Origin: a virus
Virus record (IMG/VR): IMGVR_UViG_3300011112_000003
Span: 8,079 to 72,078 of that record
Length of the DNA stretch: 64,000 nt
Strand: one strand, 5' to 3'
The notes under the pieces are model-generated. The model made no database searches. It was not told the DNA's origin and worked only from the letters and a program-made list of their open reading frames with translations. Of this stretch, positions 9,684 through 19,494 are shown piece after piece. Positions within the stretch are counted from its first letter, which is position 1; each line of letters opens with the position of its first letter. A program made the translations under genes and the position numbers.

Positions 9684-10436
9684 CTAGGCGTGGTGCCGTG
9701 CCGTGTAGTCCACAATCTGCGTCGCGAATGCGCGACTGAATCCAGGTCGGATAGCGAGGAGCAGCTCGACGGCCGCACCCTTGGTGAGCTTCCGCTTCCG
9801 CTTCTTCTTCTCGTCGTCGTCGACGCCTTCAAGGGCTTCGGTCTGCAACGGCTCCGCGCTCCCGGGCTCACCCGCGGGAATACTCACGGATAGCGACTTC
9901 GCGAGCACATCGAGACTCGTCTCCGTGTTCACAGGGCAGCGCGTGATCGCAACCTCGCGAACTTCAGCCTTGCGCACGATCTTCGAGTTCTTGGGGTCCC
10001 GCTTCAGGATACTGCCCTCGACACTAAAGCCGAGCTTGCGGCCGCTTCCGCCCTTGTGCAGGCCCTGAGCAATCTTCCACAGCGAATCGGCGCGTGGGTT
10101 GACGTCCTCGGGGAGCAGCTCGCCTTCGACGTACCAGCCCTTGTGCCCCTTCGCGAGGGTGTCGAGCCGCACCATGGTCGGGTAGCCCACGAGCGAATCG
10201 CCCGCGCCGTCATGGTTGTCGTTGAACCAGCCCTTTTTCAGGAACGGCCCGAAGTCGAGGCCCTCCTGGATAAGTGTCTCGCCCGCACGGTCCATGTGGT
10301 CCGTCGAAATGTACCCGCCGATGAACCGCCCCGAACGCCCGTCGACCTTGGATTTCTCCATCGACTCCATTTCCATATCGAACCGAAAAACGGCCGATGG
10401 ATCAGTGGGTCGGGTAGTAGGCGCGGTTTGAAGCAT
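9684..10436 (-). CDS. Prohead protease
   Basis: 'GYISTDHMDRAGE', 'FNDNH', 'LGFSVEG', 'EVAITRCPVN' are the His/Ser motifs of herpes/HK97-fold prohead proteases. Confidence 0.9.
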   Translation of the reverse strand: MLQTAPTTRPTDPSAVFRFDMEMESMEKSKVDGRSGRFIGGYISTDHMDRAGETLIQEGLDFGPFLKKGWFNDNHDGAGDSLVGYPTMVRLDTLAKGHKGWYVEGELLPEDVNPRADSLWKIAQGLHKGGSGRKLGFSVEGSILKRDPKNSKIVRKAEVREVAITRCPVNTETSLDVLAKSLSVSIPAGEPGSAEPLQTEALEGVDDDEKKKRKRKLTKGAAVELLLAIRPGFSRAFATQIVDYTARHHA

Positions 10437-10557
10437 TGGCTGGTCGTATTGGAAAGGGGGCGATGCCTACCGCAGCTTTTGCGGGGCGCCCCTGGATTCC
10501 TCAACCAACGAAGAACGGGCCTACAGGATGGATACTGTTTCGGCGGCTAGGTCGATG

Positions 10558-10797
10558 TCAAGTACGATCTGCTCGGACACGGAGATGCAGACGCGGCCCA
10601 GCTTTGCGTAACTGTACCCCCTCGCCTAGCCTGCCTATGATAACTGCGCGTCTACACCGCACGCAGTTGACCTCAATATCCCCTGACTTGTGCAGGACAA
10701 CCATGGTCCTTCCAAGCTTCATTTTATCGCCAGACTCGCTCTTTCTGAAAAGAGGCTGCTGACAGTGCGGGCATGCGTTGCCTGTACCAACGGGCAT
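10558..10797 (-). CDS. Small zinc-ribbon protein (Mu Com-like)
   Basis: CPHC...IEVNCVRCR, 79 aa. Confidence 0.55.
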   Translation of the reverse strand: MPVGTGNACPHCQQPLFRKSESGDKMKLGRTMVVLHKSGDIEVNCVRCRRAVIIGRLGEGVQLRKAGPRLHLRVRADRT

Positions 10798-10834
10798 CGC
10801 TGGACCCTACCGTAAATCCAAGTAACCTGCTGCG

Positions 10835-11329
10835 ATGGTTGAGATCGATGTCTGGAAGCATGGTGTCGTGGTTGCGAAAGCAAAAGTCGACACCCAGGAC
10901 ATGCACTTCGGCGATCACAAGTGGTTCCTCGCCAAAGATAAGTACGCCTACCGGAAATCAGGACCTGCTACCAATAGGGTAGCGCACTTCCTACATCGAG
11001 AAATCATGGGCAACCCCCCAGGCATGCTGGTCGATCACCGCAATGGGGATGAGCTAGATTGTCAGCGCGATAACCTGCGTGTAACAGATAGAGCAGGTAA
11101 CGCGCAGAACCGGCGTGGAGCTAACGCGAGATCCCGGAGTGGCGTGCGCGGGGTAAGCATTCTGCCGTCAGGAAAATACGAGGCGCGGGTGACGCACGAA
11201 GGAAAAAACTATCGTGTCGGGCCTTTCGCGGATCTAGTCAGCGCAGAACGGGCGGCCATAGCGAAGCGCCAAGAGTTCAGATTCCTCACGGGTGCGGAAG
11301 ATCCCGCCGCAAGCCCAGTCGCTTCCTAG
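10835..11329 (+). CDS. HNH homing endonuclease with C-terminal AP2 domain
   Basis: 'FLHREIM', 'VDHRNGDELDCQRDNLR', 'NAQN', 'SGVRGV', 'YEARVTHEGK..VGPF'; opposite strand to the operon. Confidence 0.9.
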   Translation: MVEIDVWKHGVVVAKAKVDTQDMHFGDHKWFLAKDKYAYRKSGPATNRVAHFLHREIMGNPPGMLVDHRNGDELDCQRDNLRVTDRAGNAQNRRGANARSRSGVRGVSILPSGKYEARVTHEGKNYRVGPFADLVSAERAAIAKRQEFRFLTGAEDPAASPVAS

Positions 11330-12014
11330 CGGCCTTGCGTAGTTGCTTTCCCCAAGTCGACGACATCGCAGAGTGCCCGCAAGCTCCGCAAATAGTTTTG
11401 CTCCATTGGCCTCCCCGAGTCCGGTAGCTACCGTCCGCATCCTCGACGCCGCATTCTGGGCAAGCGCCGTACCCGGCCTTGCGTAAGGGGACGCTGATGC
11501 CCAACTTGGGCGCATGCGCATCCACTGGCCGAGCACGCTGTTTTACTGGGCCCTCGTGTTTCACCAGGGGATCGAGCTTCGTGGTGGCGAGGGCTTGCTT
11601 GCGGAACTCGCCCATGGGTACGGCTTTGATGCGGCCGAAGAATCCCGGCTTGTCGTAGCAGGTCATGTAGGCGCGCCGCGCAGACATCGCGCTATCAAAT
11701 CCCAGGAAGACCTTCTGTTCGTCGAACACCTGGAAGTCTGGCGCCTTCATCTGATCGACCACGTAGGCGTGTGTCGCGTTCGGGTCCGGCCCGATGTAGC
11801 AGTCGATGTGATCGCCATCCGCGCCCATGGTTCCGCGGATATATCCATAGTCGTGGGGCATGCGCGTCTTGCCCTCTTTGCCAACGTGCGGATCGTACCA
11901 GTGCCGGAATGCCCCGCTGCGCGTCTCGATGGAAATCTCCAGGCCCTGGAACTTCCTTCGCCGCTGGAGCTTCCGCGCCTTGAGTAGCGCATCGGCGCTG
12001 TAGACCTGCTGCAT
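11286..12014 (-). CDS. Inorganic-pyrophosphatase-like (InPase) domain protein with C-terminal Zn ribbon
   Basis: 'GLEISIE', 'DYGYIRGT.GADGDHIDCYIG', 'VVDQ', 'FDEQKVFLGF' match the phage polyvalent-protein InPase domain; CPEC..CGAC. Confidence 0.8.
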   Translation of the reverse strand: MQQVYSADALLKARKLQRRRKFQGLEISIETRSGAFRHWYDPHVGKEGKTRMPHDYGYIRGTMGADGDHIDCYIGPDPNATHAYVVDQMKAPDFQVFDEQKVFLGFDSAMSARRAYMTCYDKPGFFGRIKAVPMGEFRKQALATTKLDPLVKHEGPVKQRARPVDAHAPKLGISVPLRKAGYGACPECGVEDADGSYRTRGGQWSKTICGACGHSAMSSTWGKQLRKAARKRLGLRRDLPHP

Positions 12015-12030
12015 AGGCGCAGCATGCCAC

Positions 12031-12076
12031 AAAAAGACGCCCGCCTGATCCGGGGGGGTGGACCTTGGCGAGCGCC
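12031..12076 (-). terminator. Terminator between accessory block and head module
   Basis: Minus strand GGCGCTCGCC...GGCGGGCGTC stem followed by TTTTT. Confidence 0.6.
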
Positions 12077-12104
12077 GGGTACTGCAGGGGGGAGCGTAGC
12101 TATC

Positions 12105-12350
12105 CTACGGCAATCCGCAAAGAGCGACTAACGCCGCCCCCTTGCCGGGCGCCATTCGCGACAGGAGGATGCGCACATGGACACTTTCCCCGATGAAATG
12201 AAGCTGCTGCTCGCGCGGGTGATCCAGGCAGTGGCCAACGACCGCGGGTGCCAGCCCGATGATCTTTCGCATGCCCTCGCGGCCGAACTCCGAGATTTTG
12301 GCCTGCGGTGCCGAAGGTTCGGGGATAACGAGGGGTTCGAGCGGGCACAC
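12105..12350 (-). CDS. Hypothetical protein
   Basis: 81-aa ORF tiling the minus-strand operon. Confidence 0.4.
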   Translation of the reverse strand: MCPLEPLVIPEPSAPQAKISEFGREGMRKIIGLAPAVVGHCLDHPREQQLHFIGESVHVRILLSRMAPGKGAALVALCGLP

Positions 12351-12369
12351 TGCGAACCGACGGTGCGCA

Positions 12370-12729
12370 CTACCCTGCCGGGATTTCCGGTTCTTCGGCG
12401 ATAGCCGGATCGTCCTGGCCCATCCGAGAATCCTCGCCGACCGCGCTGCGCATTTCGCCCACGACGAGTTCCAACAGCGCGAGGCTCGTAGGGATCACCT
12501 TCACGTTGGGCTTGTACTCGGGCGGGGAGGGCACCTCGTAGCACAGCAGCACGGTCGCGATGCCCCCACGGTTCTTGCCCAGTAGGATCGCGGTGAGCGT
12601 GTTGCGCTCCAGTGCTCCCGCGTGGGGGTCATCCACTATGGTGGGGCCGAACTCGCGCGCGTACCCGTGCTGCACCAGAAAATCGTTGACCTGCTCGCTA
12701 TCCAAAATCACGTCGCACTTGATGGTCAT
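12370..12729 (-). CDS. Hypothetical protein
   Basis: 119 aa; ATGA-coupled to the Tad1 gene. Confidence 0.6.
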   Translation of the reverse strand: MTIKCDVILDSEQVNDFLVQHGYAREFGPTIVDDPHAGALERNTLTAILLGKNRGGIATVLLCYEVPSPPEYKPNVKVIPTSLALLELVVGEMRSAVGEDSRMGQDDPAIAEEPEIPAG

Positions 12730-13100
12730 GGCGTCTGGGTCCCCTCAACACCGCGATCCGTCCGGTTGAACGTCCGTGAGCCCATGTGGCCCATGGCCTC
12801 GCGCAGCGCCAGCAGCGTGTGGTGATTCTCCATGCAGGCGAACCGGCCCGCCTGCCAGCGGTCAATGCGATCGATGAGGACCGCGAGTAGCGCCTCATCC
12901 GTCACGCCGTTGACCCCTTCCGCGGGCGGCCCGGTGTGGAACTTGATTGCGAGATTTGCGACGTTCGTGATATCACCATCCACCACAATGGCGTAGTTCC
13001 CGCACGACTCATCAGGGCCATCCGCGGTGGCGGTCACCTGAATCTTCGGGTTGGTCGAACCGCCCGTGCGTCGGTGGCTCAGAATCTCGTAATCGTTCAT
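12726..13100 (-). CDS. tad1: Tad1-family anti-defence nucleotide sponge (Thoeris/CBASS)
   Basis: 'IKFHTGP...NGVTDEALLAVLIDRIDRWQAGRFACMEN...LREAM..M..R...R..RGVEGT' aligns with Tad1 'IKFQKG...[58 protein letters not shown]'. Confidence 0.82.
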   Translation of the reverse strand: MNDYEILSHRRTGGSTNPKIQVTATADGPDESCGNYAIVVDGDITNVANLAIKFHTGPPAEGVNGVTDEALLAVLIDRIDRWQAGRFACMENHHTLLALREAMGHMGSRTFNRTDRGVEGTQTP

Positions 13101-13110
13101 GACCTACCCG

Positions 13111-13119
13111 TATCGGATA
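13111..13119. promoter_or_regulatory. TATCGGATA near-palindrome between divergent genes, 10 nt from both ATGs
   Basis: ATG at 13100 (-) and ATG at 13130 (+) are each exactly 10 nt from the motif. Confidence 0.7.
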
Positions 13120-13129
13120 CAGTCCCTAC

Positions 13130-13363
13130 ATGAACCGCCGAGATTTCCTGAAGTCATTGCCCGCCCTCCCCTTACTGGCTGCCGCTCCCGCCCTGAAAGA
13201 GGACGAGACTGAGATCCGTGCCGACAAACTCGTCGCGCGCATCCCGTCGAACTGGTCACCCAGAAAGATGCAGCAGGCGGTAGATGCCCTCACCAAGTTT
13301 GAGTCCGGGGAGATCCGAACGCTGGTGTTCACAGACGACGCGACTTTGTACCGCGTGCCCTGA
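13130..13363 (+). CDS. Small protein with twin-arginine (Tat) signal
   Basis: MNRRDFLKSLPALPLLAAAPA matches the S/N-RR-x-FLK Tat consensus plus a hydrophobic stretch. Confidence 0.7.
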   Translation: MNRRDFLKSLPALPLLAAAPALKEDETEIRADKLVARIPSNWSPRKMQQAVDALTKFESGEIRTLVFTDDATLYRVP

Positions 13364-13566
13364 CTACGCCGCGTGGACCGCGTCACAGCCGCGGCACTCG
13401 ATGCGCCCCGAGCTGCGCGCGAACCGACCGCCGCAGTCGACGCACACGCCCGTGCGCAACGCGACATCGCGGTCAGCCTGGGCCGTCGCGATGACGTGTT
13501 GGACAGTTGCTGCCTCTTCCAGGGTATGACCCTGGGCCATTAGCTGTTCGATGCGGTTCATGATGG

Positions 13567-13839
13567 CTATCCAGATACGCTATCCAAGCACAGATCGCAA
13601 ATGCCTATCCCTACAACGGCCACATTTTTCGGATAGCACACCTTGCGGCCGCACTTTTTCCGACAATCACGCACCGTCACGCCCTGCAGGCCCCGCTCGC
13701 CTGTGCCGGGACAGCACGAAACATGACCGCATGCCCCCTCCGGTCGGCCGTGCTTCGTGCATTCGCCGGTCATGCGAACGGCCACCTCGCGGAAACAAAC
13801 CGGGCAGGTTCCCCGGGGTCGCTTGATCGGCTCGCCCAT
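13567..13839 (-). CDS. Cys-rich zinc-finger protein
   Basis: Several CxxC pairs; TATCCGCTA 10 nt upstream of ATG. Confidence 0.6.
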   Translation of the reverse strand: MGEPIKRPRGTCPVCFREVAVRMTGECTKHGRPEGACGHVSCCPGTGERGLQGVTVRDCRKKCGRKVCYPKNVAVVGIGICDLCLDSVSG

Positions 13840-13861
13840 GCTCGAAATGTAGCGGATAAGG

Positions 13862-14512
13862 TCAGCGCTTGGAAGGCGTACGGCCGTCGCATCGTACGGG
13901 CATTACGACCGCAGTCAGCTCGGGCACACTGTCACTCGTGACGTGGATCGGGTCCGACTCTCCCCCCGTACGGAACATCAGGGTGGGGGTCTTTCCCGTA
14001 CGGCATGCGTCCGTAAATAGCTCCCCAAGCTGGAGGATGTACTCAGCCGCGCCCGCGAACCACGCGGTGGGGGGCGGGTACTTGCCCGGGCGCAAGATCT
14101 TCGCGTACTGGCTCACGAATGGAACTTCGGATAAGGACACGCCGTTGATGGTCACAGCGCCCAGATCATGCTCGATGCGGATCGGGCGCGGTCCGTCCTC
14201 AGGGAACGAGGCTGCCTTCTCGCTCAGGATCAGGTCAATGCGCGCGTCTTTGGCGCCGCGTTGCGTCCGCTCGGCTGCCCGCATGAGCGCAGGCAGCAAG
14301 GTGGTCAGGGAGTCCCCCTGAACCCCCACCTGGGCTTCATCCGGCAACTCCATGTGTTGGGACCACTCGACCAACCAGTGCCCGTTGGTGCCCACAAAGC
14401 GCACTTCGTCACCGGTCACGTCGATGAGCACATTCGGGGTGTTGTTACCGGCCGCGGCGGATGCCACCTGCAGGCCCCGCACCAGATCGCTCGTTTTCAT
14501 TCGGATACGCAT
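13862..14512 (-). CDS. Truncated (two-domain) DNA polymerase III beta-clamp-like protein
   Basis: 'NVLIDVTGDEVRFVGTNGHWL' (cf. DnaN VATDGHRL), 'YAKIL', C-terminal 'AVVMPVR' (cf. DnaN YVVMPMR); only 216 aa. Confidence 0.7.
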   Translation of the reverse strand: MRIRMKTSDLVRGLQVASAAAGNNTPNVLIDVTGDEVRFVGTNGHWLVEWSQHMELPDEAQVGVQGDSLTTLLPALMRAAERTQRGAKDARIDLILSEKAASFPEDGPRPIRIEHDLGAVTINGVSLSEVPFVSQYAKILRPGKYPPPTAWFAGAAEYILQLGELFTDACRTGKTPTLMFRTGGESDPIHVTSDSVPELTAVVMPVRCDGRTPSKR

Positions 14513-14871
14513 GTCAGCTGATCTCCATGGACTTGATGAACTCGGCAGCGGTGAGACACCCCTTCGCCACGAGCTTGTGCTGCTGGGATCTCCTCAGATA
14601 TTTGGCGTGGCCGACCAACGCCGCATGCAGGCCGCTGCGCAACGCCTCGGCCAACTTCACGCGATCGTCCCCGTCGTCCATGCGCAGGGTATCGTTCGCC
14701 TTCAATATTTCGATGATAGTCGGCATTTTCAGCTGGTCACTTTCCGGAACTTCGCTCGGTAGTGGCGGATTGTCGCAAGCAACATCCACGGTAGGTCGGG
14801 GAAGGATACGTAGAGCCCTAGGAATCCCAGCGGGATATCGTGCGCCGGGCTGCCGCAGTAGTGCGCGTGCA

Positions 14872-15309
14872 TTAGATATCCTCCAGGCACTTCCCCATTT
14901 CTCGGACAGCGAGCGCAGTGCCTTGGCGTTCGCCCTCTTCGTACCACCGCTTTGGGCATTGCGGATCGCAGCCCCTGTGCTTGGTGCCGCACGTCGATAA
15001 GCAGCGTGGTTCGGTGAGCGGCTTCTCAACAGGCCCTCGCATCCCAGGCAAATCAGCGGCGCAGCTCGGGGGTGGGCGAGCGGCGAAGTACTTCCCCTCG
15101 CGCATTACTTCTTCCCCGTGTTTCGTAGCTTCCGCGAGGGTCAGATATTCACCTTCGGGATCCAGCGACTCCCCGTCATGTGTCCACGCTACGCGATAGC
15201 ATGCCGACTCTTTAGGGCGGCGGGTGACACCTACATCCCCCATCTGACCATCCTTGTCTTCGCGTATCCACCACTCCACAGCACCGTCACTCACTCGTAC
15301 CCATTCCAT
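14872..15309 (-). CDS. Hypothetical protein with Cys-rich C-terminus
   Basis: 145 aa; AGGAGG RBS and TATCCGATA upstream. Confidence 0.6.
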   Translation of the reverse strand: MEWVRVSDGAVEWWIREDKDGQMGDVGVTRRPKESACYRVAWTHDGESLDPEGEYLTLAEATKHGEEVMREGKYFAARPPPSCAADLPGMRGPVEKPLTEPRCLSTCGTKHRGCDPQCPKRWYEEGERQGTALAVREMGKCLEDI

Positions 15310-15353
15310 GTGCTACCCCCTCCTTACGCCTACCCTTCTATCGGATATACTGC

Positions 15354-15719
15354 TCAGCCCCTGTAGTTCGCGCCGTGGACGGTCACGCCGTAGTCCTTGG
15401 CCTCGCCAAGGATGGTGCCTCGTGCGTGGTTGAGTGCGGGCGCCTTCCAGCTCGCCGCCTTGAGTACGGAGCCCACGGGGAACTTACCCTCCGCCTTCTG
15501 GATGAACACGAAGATCGACTTCTGGCCCCCGCCGTCATGGGTCGTGGTCCAGATGCGGAGGTACTTCTTCCCGCTGCCGATGGTCAGCTTGCACGGGCGC
15601 AGGTTCGGGTACTGCGTCGCGTAGTGGTGGTCGATCTGCGCCTGCGCAGTCTCCACGAAACGGGTGACAGCTTCGTCGAAGGTCTCGGTGGCGTCGGCGG
15701 TCTGCGTGTCGGCGGTCAT
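15354..15719 (-). CDS. Conserved phage hypothetical protein
   Basis: 'GKKYLRI...SIFVFI...GSVLKAASWKAPA..ARGTI' is a motif seen in many phage proteins; preceded by paired GTACGTAC boxes. Confidence 0.75.
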   Translation of the reverse strand: MTADTQTADATETFDEAVTRFVETAQAQIDHHYATQYPNLRPCKLTIGSGKKYLRIWTTTHDGGGQKSIFVFIQKAEGKFPVGSVLKAASWKAPALNHARGTILGEAKDYGVTVHGANYRG

Positions 15720-15758
15720 TTGTCGTTCCTACTTTCGGTTGGCGCTGCGTCACCAGCT

Positions 15759-15809
15759 GTACGTACAGTGCCAGACCTCCGTACGTACGGTCAACCCTTA
15801 TTTTGGATA
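15759..15809 (-). promoter_or_regulatory. Paired GTACGTAC operator boxes with TTGAC and TATCCAAA upstream
   Basis: Boxes at 15759 and 15781 (22-bp spacing). Confidence 0.7.
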
Positions 15810-16114
15810 TAGGCCAACTCTCTTTTGGCGTCGGCCACCGCGCGCTTCGCAACCGTTTCTTTCGAGCGCCTCGCCCATGCGCGCTGTTCCTTCTGCGTGG
15901 GCTCTGCTTCCCCCCGCTCCAGCAGGAACGCGGTCAAGTTCTCTGCCCCGGCAAGCTCCGCCCGTGCCACGAGCGCCGCTTTGATAGCGGGCGTGGTTCG
16001 GATATCGATGCGTGCAGTCAGTGGGTTGTCTCTCGGGACCATGCGCTGCTCTCCAATGCGTACGCGGTCATCGGGATTGACTGCGATGCGCTTCGTTCTT
16101 GGTTCTCGGTTCAT
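15791..16114 (-). CDS. Ribbon-helix-helix (DUF1778/CopG-like) regulator
   Basis: 'TARIDIRTTPAIKAALVARAELAGAENLTAFLLE' is an RHH strand-helix-helix; flanked on both sides by paired palindromes. Confidence 0.7.
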   Translation of the reverse strand: MNREPRTKRIAVNPDDRVRIGEQRMVPRDNPLTARIDIRTTPAIKAALVARAELAGAENLTAFLLERGEAEPTQKEQRAWARRSKETVAKRAVADAKRELAYIQNKG

Positions 16115-16137
16115 CGTACTCCCCAGTGTTGCACGGC

Positions 16138-16166
16138 GTACGTACAGTACGCAAGCCTGTACGTAC
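16138..16166 (-). promoter_or_regulatory. Paired GTACGTAC operator boxes upstream of the RHH gene
   Basis: Boxes at 16138 and 16159 (21-bp spacing). Confidence 0.7.
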
Positions 16167-16315
16167 TGTTCTCAGTTTTGCGGTGCGCTCAGCTACGCGC
16201 TCCGCGATTCGCTCTACGTCCCCCCGGTCGTGTTTCTACAACGGGCCGCCCCTGTACTTCTGAAGGGGGCAGCCGAGCCTTTTCTCAGTTTCTGCCTCGC
16301 TCCCCAGGACGCGAT

Positions 16316-17413
<1,098 letters not shown>

Positions 17414-17631
17414 AGCCCCACCTCTATCGGATAACGGTTGCGGTCACGTGGTCCACGGGGCGGGGAACTTCGCCGGTTTGCTGGCTGCCCTTCGGGTTGA
17501 GCGTCCATTCCTCGCCGCTGTCTTTCCAGATCACCAGCTTGACCTTCCAGCCGCGCGCGGTCGCCAGGCGGAATATCTCGTCAATCTTCCCCTTGAACTG
17601 CAAGCGGGCGAGGTTGGCGAAGAATGGATCG

Positions 17632-18147
17632 TCAGTCACCGACATCGATCTCGACCCCTGTCGTTGACTCCCACTTGAGCATGGGCTCGCCCATTTCGAT
17701 CTGCGGCACCAGGGTGCCCTGTTCATCGCCCTTGCGCGGTCGCGTGAGCGTGTCTGGCGGGATGAGCCACGGCTCGGGGTCTAGCGTGCATGTCTTATCG
17801 CGCTGGTGGTCGCAGGAAGCCGTAACGCCGTGGCGCCTGCATATGTTCGGCCGGTGGTCGTAGACGGTGCAGCCGGTCGGCCCGAGGTGCTTGCAGGTGA
17901 ACTCGGGGAGGTGGTGCTCGCTGGGGCTCCTCTGCGCCCAGGGTATGTCGGCGAGGCTCTGCTCCGATCGGATCGGTCCCTGGAATGGGATAAGCATGTT
18001 CGCGATGAACTCGCTTTCCTCCCACGTCGGGCGGCCCCAGTGCCCTTTGTTGCGTAGGGCTTCGATCGTATCCCTGCCTGTGGGCGCAATGGATAGCGGG
18101 AAGCGCTCGCAGCACTGGCCGCTGCATGACGTCTTTTCATTCGGCAC
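17632..18147 (-). CDS. YkgJ-like (CxxCC) cysteine-cluster protein
   Basis: 'CSGQCC...FTCKHLG...CTVYDHRPNICR'; GTG start inferred. Confidence 0.7.
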   Translation of the reverse strand: MPNEKTSCSGQCCERFPLSIAPTGRDTIEALRNKGHWGRPTWEESEFIANMLIPFQGPIRSEQSLADIPWAQRSPSEHHLPEFTCKHLGPTGCTVYDHRPNICRRHGVTASCDHQRDKTCTLDPEPWLIPPDTLTRPRKGDEQGTLVPQIEMGEPMLKWESTTGVEIDVGD

Positions 18148-18538
18148 TTGCCACCTCGAAGTATCTCCGCCCCATCCGAGTAGCAGACCTCGGCGGGCCC
18201 CACCACGAGCGCAGCTTGCCCGCGCGTTCCAGCCTATCCAGGTGGGCGCGTGCGGCTGACACCGTGACGCGCAGCGCATCGCCCACCTCGACCGAATAGG
18301 CAGGGCCCATGACCCGGAGGAACCGTAAGATAACCTGGTCCGCGTAGTCACGTCGGGCGAGTCGCACACTCGTGCGGGCCTGTATCTCCCTCAGGATGGC
18401 GGACCAGTTGCTCAACTCCAGGATCCCAATGTCCTGCGGCGGGCCCGGATGCCGTGGGGCTCGTGCTGATACTCTAGGCAGCATCCTCGACCTTGCGCGT
18501 ATCCGAGGGCAGTGAGGCAGGCCAGGAGAACCCACCAC
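18137..18538 (-). CDS. Winged-helix DNA-binding protein (true start probably internal)
   Basis: 'ILRFLRVMGPAYSVEVGDALRVTVSAARAHLDRLERAGKL...GRRYF'. Confidence 0.6.
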   Translation of the reverse strand: MVGSPGLPHCPRIRARSRMLPRVSARAPRHPGPPQDIGILELSNWSAILREIQARTSVRLARRDYADQVILRFLRVMGPAYSVEVGDALRVTVSAARAHLDRLERAGKLRSWWGPPRSATRMGRRYFEVASAE

Positions 18539-18733
18539 CAGCAGGACTGCGCAGTTTCACATCCCCACCCTCGATGGCCTCGATGCTTCGCGGCGCCTGC
18601 CAGGTGCTGTGCATGAGCTTGTCCCCAACAATCCAGCCCTCCCGCTCTATCAGATCCATCGCCGGGACTCGCTTGCCTCGACTCGCTCGATTCTTTTGGA
18701 CCCTCGGTGGTCGGCCGCCTGCTACTCGCTCGG

Positions 18734-19003
18734 TCATTCAGTGTCCTCAATCGCTTTGGCCACTCGGGCCCGTAAACTCTCGTCGCCCTCACGCTGCGCG
18801 ATCCACACGTTGAACCGCTCCTGTGAGCCATGCATCGACTCGCTCGACGGGGACCAGCCGCGGCGCTTCAGGCCGTAGTGCTTGGCCCACACGTCCAGTT
18901 CTCCCACTTCACCCGCGTCCCGGTTGCGCCACAGCTGATCGGGCGTGAGCCCGTGTTGCTTCGGTAGCTCCGCGAGTAGGTCTTTCGCGCGTTGGCTGGG
19001 CAT
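18734..19003 (-). CDS. Hypothetical protein
   Basis: 89 aa; TATCCGATA 9 nt upstream. Confidence 0.6.
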   Translation of the reverse strand: MPSQRAKDLLAELPKQHGLTPDQLWRNRDAGEVGELDVWAKHYGLKRRGWSPSSESMHGSQERFNVWIAQREGDESLRARVAKAIEDTE

Positions 19004-19023
19004 GCCTAGCTATATCGGATAAG

Positions 19024-19494
19024 TCAGGCTTCGTGGTTCGCGAGCCAGCGCCCGACGGCCACCAACTCGATCACGTCATCGTAGTCTGTAATGATAGCGC
19101 GGCTCCTGGCCTCCGTGAGTAGGCGCCGCAACTGGACCGCCGCGGCCGCGAGCTGCTCGGGCTTTGGCTTTGGCGCCAGCTTCGGTAGCTCGCGGGGTAG
19201 GTTACACGTCACGTCCCAGACGATCACCTTGCGGTGGGTCACCGTACACGTGCGCGTCCCGCATTCAGCAACCACCCCACGATCGCGCAACTCCCCGAAT
19301 CGATTGCGCGCGCCCGAGTAGTTCACACCCGCGTTGCCGTTCGATATTCGGTCTGCGTCGATCTTGAGCAGGCATTCGTTCGCGGTGAGCGGGCCATCGC
19401 TGTAGAGCTTCCGGTAGATACCCGTCTGCTGTCTGCCGATCGAACCGTCCGCGATGATCGCGTGGTAGGCCGCGATGCTGGTTTGCCTGGTCAT
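19024..19494 (-). CDS. Winged-helix DNA-binding protein
   Basis: 'TSIAAY...RQQ..IY...GPLTANE...RNRFGELRDRGVV..CGTRTC..T..KVIVW' is a common phage wHTH family; ATGA coupled. Confidence 0.7.
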   Translation of the reverse strand: MTRQTSIAAYHAIIADGSIGRQQTGIYRKLYSDGPLTANECLLKIDADRISNGNAGVNYSGARNRFGELRDRGVVAECGTRTCTVTHRKVIVWDVTCNLPRELPKLAPKPKPEQLAAAAVQLRRLLTEARSRAIITDYDDVIELVAVGRWLANHEA

